A program made the translations under genes and the position numbers. A stretch of DNA of 32,000 nucleotides from Laedolimicola intestinihominis (GTDB lineage Bacteria > Bacillota > Clostridia > Lachnospirales > Lachnospiraceae): the NCBI RefSeq assembly GCF_040096155.1, contig NZ_JBBMFE010000001.1:374573-406572 (forward strand), in the 5' to 3' direction. The notes beneath the pieces were generated by a model. The model had not been told where the DNA came from. It did not search any database and saw only the letters and a list, made by a program, of their open reading frames with translations. Every line of letters starts with the position of its first letter. The first letter of the stretch is position 1. Shown piece after piece: positions 27,679 through 32,000 of the stretch.

Positions 27679-27716
27679 TACCCAGTGATAGGAGTATTTA
27701 TCACTGGGTATTTTTA
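27679..27716 (+). terminator. Leader terminator (attenuator) just upstream of tet(O)
   Basis: TACCCAGTGATA (27679-27690) pairs perfectly with TATCACTGGGTA (27699-27710), a 12-bp stem with an 8-nt loop, followed by TTTTTAT. A second copy of TACCCAGT at ~27600 could compete for the right arm. Confidence 0.65.
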
Positions 27717-27751
27717 TGCCCTTTTTTGGGTGTTGATAGGAGGAAAATCAC

Positions 27752-29671
27752 ATGAAAATAATTAACTTAGGCATTCTGGCTCACGTTGACGCAGGAAAGA
27801 CAACATTAACGGAAAGTTTATTGTATACCAGTGGTGCAATTGCAGAACTAGGGAGCGTAGATGAAGGCACAACAAGGACAGATACAATGAATTTGGAGCG
27901 TCAAAGGGGAATCACTATCCAGACAGCAGTGACATCTTTTCAGTGGGAGGATGTAAAAGTCAACATTATAGATACGCCAGGCCATATGGATTTTTTGGCG
28001 GAAGTATACCGTTCTTTATCCGTATTAGACGGAGCAGTATTATTAGTTTCTGCAAAGGATGGCATACAGGCACAGACCCGTATACTGTTTCATGCACTAC
28101 AGACAATGAAGATTCCGACAATTTTTTTCATCAATAAAATTGACCAAGAGGGGATTGATTTGCCAATGGTATATCGAGAAATGAAAGCAAAGCTTTCTTC
28201 GGAAATTATAGTGAAGCAAAAGGTTGGGCAGCATCCCCATATAAATGTAACGGACAATGACGATATGGAACAGTGGGATGCGGTAATTATGGGAAACGAT
28301 GAACTATTAGAGAAATATATGTCAGGGAAACCGTTTAAAATGTCAGAACTGGAACAGGAAGAAAACAGGAGATTCCAAAACGGAACGTTATTTCCCGTTT
28401 ATCACGGAAGCGCTAAAAACAATCTGGGGATTCGGCAGCTTATAGAAGTGATTGCCAGTAAATTTTATTCATCAACGCCTGAAGGTCAATCTGAACTATG
28501 CGGGCAGGTTTTTAAGATTGAATATTCAGAGAAAAGGCGGCGTTTTGTTTATGTGCGTATATATAGCGGAACATTGCATTTGAGGGATGTTATTAGAATA
28601 TCTGAAAAAGAGAAAATAAAAATCACAGAGATGTGTGTTCCGACAAACGGTGAATTATATTCATCCGATACAGCCTGCTCTGGTGATATTGTAATTTTAC
28701 CAAATGATGTTTTGCAGCTAAACAGTATTTTGGGGAACGGAATACTGTTGCCGCAGAGAAAATTTATTGAAAATCCTCTCCCTATGCTCCAAACAACGAT
28801 TGCAGTAAAGAAATCTGAACAGCGGGAAATATTGCTTGGGGCACTTACAGAAATTTCAGATGGCGACCCTCTTTTAAAATATTATGTGGATACTACAACG
28901 CATGAGATTATACTTTCTTTTTTGGGGAAAGTGCAGATGGAAGTCATTTGTGCCATCCTTGAGGAAAAATATCATGTGGAGGCAGAAATAAAAGAGCCTA
29001 CTGTTATATATATGGAAAGACCGCTTAGAAAAGCAGAATATACCATCCACATAGAAGTCCCGCCAAATCCTTTCTGGGCTTCTGTCGGGTTGTCCATAGA
29101 GCCGCTCCCTATTGGAAGCGGAGTGCAGTATGAAAGCAGAGTTTCACTTGGATATTTAAATCAATCGTTCCAAAATGCGGTTATGGAGGGGGTTCTTTAT
29201 GGCTGCGAGCAGGGGCTGTATGGATGGAAAGTGACAGACTGTAAAATCTGTTTTGAATATGGATTGTATTATAGTCCTGTAAGTACCCCCGCAGACTTTC
29301 GGCTGCTTTCCCCTATCGTATTGGAGCAGGCTTTAAAAAAAGCAGGGACAGAACTATTAGAGCCATATCTCCACTTTGAAATTTATGCACCGCAGGAATA
29401 TCTCTCACGGGCGTATCATGATGCTCCAAGGTATTGTGCAGATATTGTAAGTACTCAGATAAAGAATGACGAGGTCATTCTGAAAGGAGAAATCCCTGCT
29501 AGATGTATTCAAGAATACAGGAACGATTTAACTTATTTCACAAATGGGCAGGGAGTCTGCTTGACAGAGTTAAAAGGATACCAGCCAGCTATTGGTAAAT
29601 TTATTTGCCAACCCCGCCGCCCGAATAGCCGTATAGATAAGGTTCGGCATATGTTCCACAAGTTAGCTTAA
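27752..29671 (+). CDS. tet(O): Ribosomal protection tetracycline resistance protein Tet(O) or a Tet(O)-like mosaic
   Basis: The 639-aa translational GTPase reads [81 protein letters not shown]... and ends ...[20 protein letters not shown]. It matches my memory of Tet(O) nearly throughout and is clearly distinct from Tet(M). AGGAGG lies 8 nt upstream. Confidence 0.93.
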   Translation: MKIINLGILAHVDAGKTTLTESLLYTSGAIAELGSVDEGTTRTDTMNLERQRGITIQTAVTSFQWEDVKVNIIDTPGHMDFLAEVYRSLSVLDGAVLLVSAKDGIQAQTRILFHALQTMKIPTIFFINKIDQEGIDLPMVYREMKAKLSSEIIVKQKVGQHPHINVTDNDDMEQWDAVIMGNDELLEKYMSGKPFKMSELEQEENRRFQNGTLFPVYHGSAKNNLGIRQLIEVIASKFYSSTPEGQSELCGQVFKIEYSEKRRRFVYVRIYSGTLHLRDVIRISEKEKIKITEMCVPTNGELYSSDTACSGDIVILPNDVLQLNSILGNGILLPQRKFIENPLPMLQTTIAVKKSEQREILLGALTEISDGDPLLKYYVDTTTHEIILSFLGKVQMEVICAILEEKYHVEAEIKEPTVIYMERPLRKAEYTIHIEVPPNPFWASVGLSIEPLPIGSGVQYESRVSLGYLNQSFQNAVMEGVLYGCEQGLYGWKVTDCKICFEYGLYYSPVSTPADFRLLSPIVLEQALKKAGTELLEPYLHFEIYAPQEYLSRAYHDAPRYCADIVSTQIKNDEVILKGEIPARCIQEYRNDLTYFTNGQGVCLTELKGYQPAIGKFICQPRRPNSRIDKVRHMFHKLA

Positions 29672-29722
29672 CAGCTTGCAAAAGTCATATAAAATGAGAT
29701 TTGAAAGGATTAGAGACTAATT

Positions 29723-29896
29723 ATGATGAAATGCGAATGGATATTGTGTCCTGTTTGTGGGAACAAAACCCGTAATAAAATTAGGAAGGACACTGTTTTG
29801 GAGAATTATCCCCTTTATTGTCCAAAATGCAGACAAGAAAGATTGATTAAAGTTGACAACTTGAAGATAACTGTCATCAAAGAGCCAGACGCTTAA
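29723..29896 (+). CDS. Cysteine-rich KTR-type small protein (57 aa), not in the ORF track
   Basis: MMKCEWILCPVCGNKTRNKIRKDTVLENYPLYCPKCRQERLIKVDNLKITVIKEPDA has two CxxC pairs (zinc ribbon). This small gene commonly follows tet ribosomal-protection genes. Confidence 0.75.
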   Translation: MMKCEWILCPVCGNKTRNKIRKDTVLENYPLYCPKCRQERLIKVDNLKITVIKEPDA

Positions 29897-29901
29897 GACG
29901 C

Positions 29902-29949
29902 AGAGCCGATGAAATTGTGGAACAATTCACGAATCATCGGCTCTTTTTG
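29902..29949 (+). terminator. Rho-independent terminator after the tet(O)-KTR unit
   Basis: AGAGCCGATGA (29902-29912) pairs with TCATCGGCTCT (29934-29944), then TTTTTG. Confidence 0.75.
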
Positions 29950-30026
29950 TTTCGTATTTGAAAGAACAAACTCACCAAATAAAAAAAACGATATTCGGGT
30001 GGGTTATTTTGTTATACCCTAAATTA

Positions 30027-30068
30027 CCCTCTGAATTTGTTTTTAAATTTGGAGGGATTTTTTTATGT
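30027..30068 (+). terminator. Second, imperfect terminator-like hairpin in the spacer
   Basis: CCCTCTGAATTT / AAATTTGGAGGG pair at 10 of 12 positions, followed by ATTTTTTT. Confidence 0.35.
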
Positions 30069-30386
30069 CCTTTTTTCGGGCAGTTATCTATCTGCTCATA
30101 CGAAGCAAAATTTATCAATACATAGCATATCAGAGAACGGCAGGAAACCAGTTAAAAAAATTTCTGCCTATGCAACGGCACTTCCTGCCTTGAATGTAGA
30201 AGTACAATCTCCATACAACAGAATTAATATTTCCCATAACCGTAAAGGTCATAGAGCCTTTGCGGTTTTTCTTTTGTCGATTTTTGTTGGAAAGTGCCAT
30301 AGGGCTATTAGTGGTGTTAGGTGTCGTTCGCCACCTCTCCATCTGGATTTTGAACATTTCAAAAATTCAGATGGGAGGTACTTACA

Positions 30387-30896
30387 GTGAAATACGCACC
30401 GAGAAAGGTATATATCAAGGAAAGCGGCAGATATGTGGAACTGTCCTATACGGATTTCTGCCGCCGCAGGGAATCCGACCAGACCTATATGGACAAGCTG
30501 TTTATCCCCATTCAAGGCTGTCTGCTTGAAGTCGTGAGGGAGCAATACACGGACTTCTACCGAGATAAGGAACGGTGGCGTTATCTGAAAAAATTAGATA
30601 CGAAGAACAGCCTGCTTTCTCTGGATGGATTTACGGACAGCGAGGGGAAGCCTTTAGACTTTATCGCTGATGAAGCGGCAGACATTGCGGAAACCGTTGT
30701 CAATGCGGTTATGGTGGACAGGCTGAAAGCCGCCCTGCCTTTGCTGTCGGATAGTGAACAGGAATTGATACAGGCAATCTTTTTTGACGGACTTTCTGAG
30801 CGTGAAGTCGGGGCGAGGTTCGGCATAACCCAGAGCGTTGTGAACAAACGCAAAGCCAGAATCCTAAGAAAACTAAGAAAGATAATAGAAAATTAA
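30387..30896 (+). CDS. Sigma-70 region-4-like HTH regulator (1 of 3)
   Basis: GTG start with GGGAGG 8 nt upstream. The C-terminus LPLLSDSEQELIQAIFFDGLSEREVGARFGITQSVVNKRKARILRKLRK is a region 4.2 HTH. Confidence 0.8.
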   Translation: MKYAPRKVYIKESGRYVELSYTDFCRRRESDQTYMDKLFIPIQGCLLEVVREQYTDFYRDKERWRYLKKLDTKNSLLSLDGFTDSEGKPLDFIADEAADIAETVVNAVMVDRLKAALPLLSDSEQELIQAIFFDGLSEREVGARFGITQSVVNKRKARILRKLRKIIEN

Positions 30897-30912
30897 AATT
30901 TAAGGCGTTCAG

Positions 30913-30952
30913 CCCCCTTGTTTTTTCCTTTGGGAAAATGAGGGGGTTTTTC
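30913..30952 (+). terminator. Terminator between sigma-like genes 1 and 2
   Basis: CCCCCT...AGGGGG outer stem with an inner TTTTCC/GGAAAA pairing, then TTTTTCT. It lies inside the track ORF 30938.., which argues for the later start at 30992. Confidence 0.6.
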
Positions 30953-30991
30953 TCTGCCCTCTCAATCAATTCTGATTGGAGGAAAAGAAGC

Positions 30992-31423
30992 ATGGCATAT
31001 AACCACGGACGGGAGGACAGGAAATGGCGTATCTGGAAAGAAGCGGAGGAAAAGCTGCTGCGTGAGTGCGGCGTTGATGAAGCGACCATTGAGCAGATAC
31101 GCATTGCGGACAGGGCAGACTTCAATTCCAACAGGCGGTTTTACCGATGGACGAATGACATTGCGGAATACCTTGAGGACATGGCAGACAGGGAGCGGCA
31201 GACGGAAGTGGGTACGGTTGCGGAGTTACTGGACGAGATTGAGAGCGAAAATCTCTATCAAGTATTAGTCGCGGTGGACGGGCGTACCTTGAAAATCGTC
31301 CTGCTGAAAATGCAGGGGTATTCCACAAAGGAGATTGCCCCGCTCGTGCATTTGACGACTGGTGCCATCTATGCGAGGTTAGACCATCTGCGGAAGAAGC
31401 TACGAAAATTTTATAGCGTCTAA
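30992..31423 (+). CDS. Sigma-70 region-4-like HTH regulator (2 of 3)
   Basis: GGAGG lies 9 nt before the ATG at 30992. The C-terminus VDGRTLKIVLLKMQGYSTKEIAPLVHLTTGAIYARLDHLRKKLRK is a region-4/LuxR-like HTH. Confidence 0.75.
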   Translation: MAYNHGREDRKWRIWKEAEEKLLRECGVDEATIEQIRIADRADFNSNRRFYRWTNDIAEYLEDMADRERQTEVGTVAELLDEIESENLYQVLVAVDGRTLKIVLLKMQGYSTKEIAPLVHLTTGAIYARLDHLRKKLRKFYSV

Positions 31424-31451
31424 AACAGCCTGCCGTCCTGCGGGCTACTGG

Positions 31452-31483
31452 GTGAGGGATGGAAATCCCCTCACTTATTTTTT
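31452..31483 (+). terminator. Terminator between sigma-like genes 2 and 3
   Basis: GTGAGGG-ATGGAAATC-CCCTCAC followed by TTATTTTTT. It lies inside the track ORF 31452.., which argues for the start at 31500. Confidence 0.6.
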
Positions 31484-31499
31484 GCAGGAGGCAAGCGGG

Positions 31500-31973
31500 A
31501 TGGCATACAGAGTTAAGGCGTACACGCTTCGGGAGGAATCCACGGAAAGCGGCACAAGGTATTTTATCAGCTTTAAGGACGGGCAGGGCAAATCCCACGA
31601 GTTGGAAGTGTCGGAACAGTTCTTTATGGAGTTTCGGCAGATGGAACGCAGGAACAGGAATCTCCTCCAATGGGACGAGCGGCACAGGGAGTTTTCGGAA
31701 GTATGGGACGAAACGCTGAACAGGCGGGCGTTGAAGCTGCCTAAGAGCATAGAGGAACAAATGATTGAGGCAGAACGGGCAGAACTGCTCTGTAAGGCGG
31801 TTGACGGACTGCCAGAGATACAAAGGCGGCGTTTCCTGCTCTACTACGAGTATGAGTTCAATTTTTACCAAATCGCCGCTATGGAGCATTGCACCGCTTC
31901 GGCAATACAGAAATCTGTTGCGATTGCAAAGGAGAAAGTAAAGGCGGAAATGAGGAAGTATCTCCAACCGTGA
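31500..31973 (+). CDS. Sigma-70 region-4-like HTH regulator (3 of 3)
   Basis: AGGAGG lies 8 nt before the ATG at 31500. The C-terminus LPEIQRRRFLLYYEYEFNFYQIAAMEHCTASAIQKSVAIAKEKVK is a region-4-like HTH. Confidence 0.75.
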   Translation: MAYRVKAYTLREESTESGTRYFISFKDGQGKSHELEVSEQFFMEFRQMERRNRNLLQWDERHREFSEVWDETLNRRALKLPKSIEEQMIEAERAELLCKAVDGLPEIQRRRFLLYYEYEFNFYQIAAMEHCTASAIQKSVAIAKEKVKAEMRKYLQP

Positions 31974-32000
31974 CCGACACCGCCCGAAAAAGAAATCTGT

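Larger units (their letters stand above)
3650..32000. mobile_element. Partial integrative conjugative element (Firmicutes-type T4SS, MobC/relaxase) with a tet(O) cargo module; continues past the right edge
   Basis: A co-directional block of partition, leading-region, relaxosome, T4CP, VirB4, VirB6-like, PrgI, Maff2, NlpC/P60 and polyvalent MTase-helicase genes, followed by tet(O) and sigma-like regulators. No integrase or recombinase is in the window. The left boundary is only bracketed (1380-4040) by composition. Confidence 0.8.

Noticed and set aside
30037-30545. ORFs 30037-30390 (+), 30130-30357 (-), 30249-30545 (-) and 30260-30529 (+) in the spacer before the first sigma-like gene.
   Set aside because: They overlap each other and the well-supported gene at 30387, have odd composition and lack an SD. 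The 30037 ORF also spans a terminator-like hairpin.

Overview
The window looks like low-to-moderate-GC Firmicutes (Clostridia-type) DNA and has three parts. (1) Positions 1-1378 are chromosomal: the 5' end of an ABC-F ATPase gene on the minus strand and an aldo/keto reductase gene. (2) Positions ~1380-3650 are a sharply AT-rich island. Its only convincing content is a compact, translationally coupled two-gene operon encoding an intact endonuclease/exonuclease/phosphatase (EEP) nuclease and a protein with an unknown N-terminal domain fused to an ATPase-less OLD/AriB-like Toprim domain. This is my best candidate for an undescribed conflict (defence or toxin) system. (3) From ~3650 to the right edge is a large partial integrative conjugative element (ICE) on the plus strand. 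In order it carries ParM/RHH partition genes, two DUF5688-like paralogs, a RadC/JAB protein, a DUF3991-Toprim primase-like protein, an iteron-like repeat array with a candidate oriT, and MobC plus relaxase. It continues with PcfB, the T4CP, Maff2, VirB6-like, PrgI and VirB4 proteins, an NlpC/P60 hydrolase, a DUF4315-like protein, and a 1713-aa polyvalent protein (ArdC-N-like, N6-MTase and SNF2 helicase domains). The element ends in this window with a lower-GC tnpV-tet(O)-KTR resistance module and three sigma-70 region-4-like regulator genes separated by terminators. Notable oddities: a complete TnpV-family gene with its own SD/ATG is nested in an alternative frame inside the polyvalent ORF. 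The SNF2 helicase is cut off within motif VI exactly where the tet(O) module begins. A ~97-bp tandemly duplicated array holds eight TGACGGCAAA motifs next to palindromes and a MOBP-like nic core. Everything here comes from reading the sequence and ORF translations by eye; no database search or computation was run.
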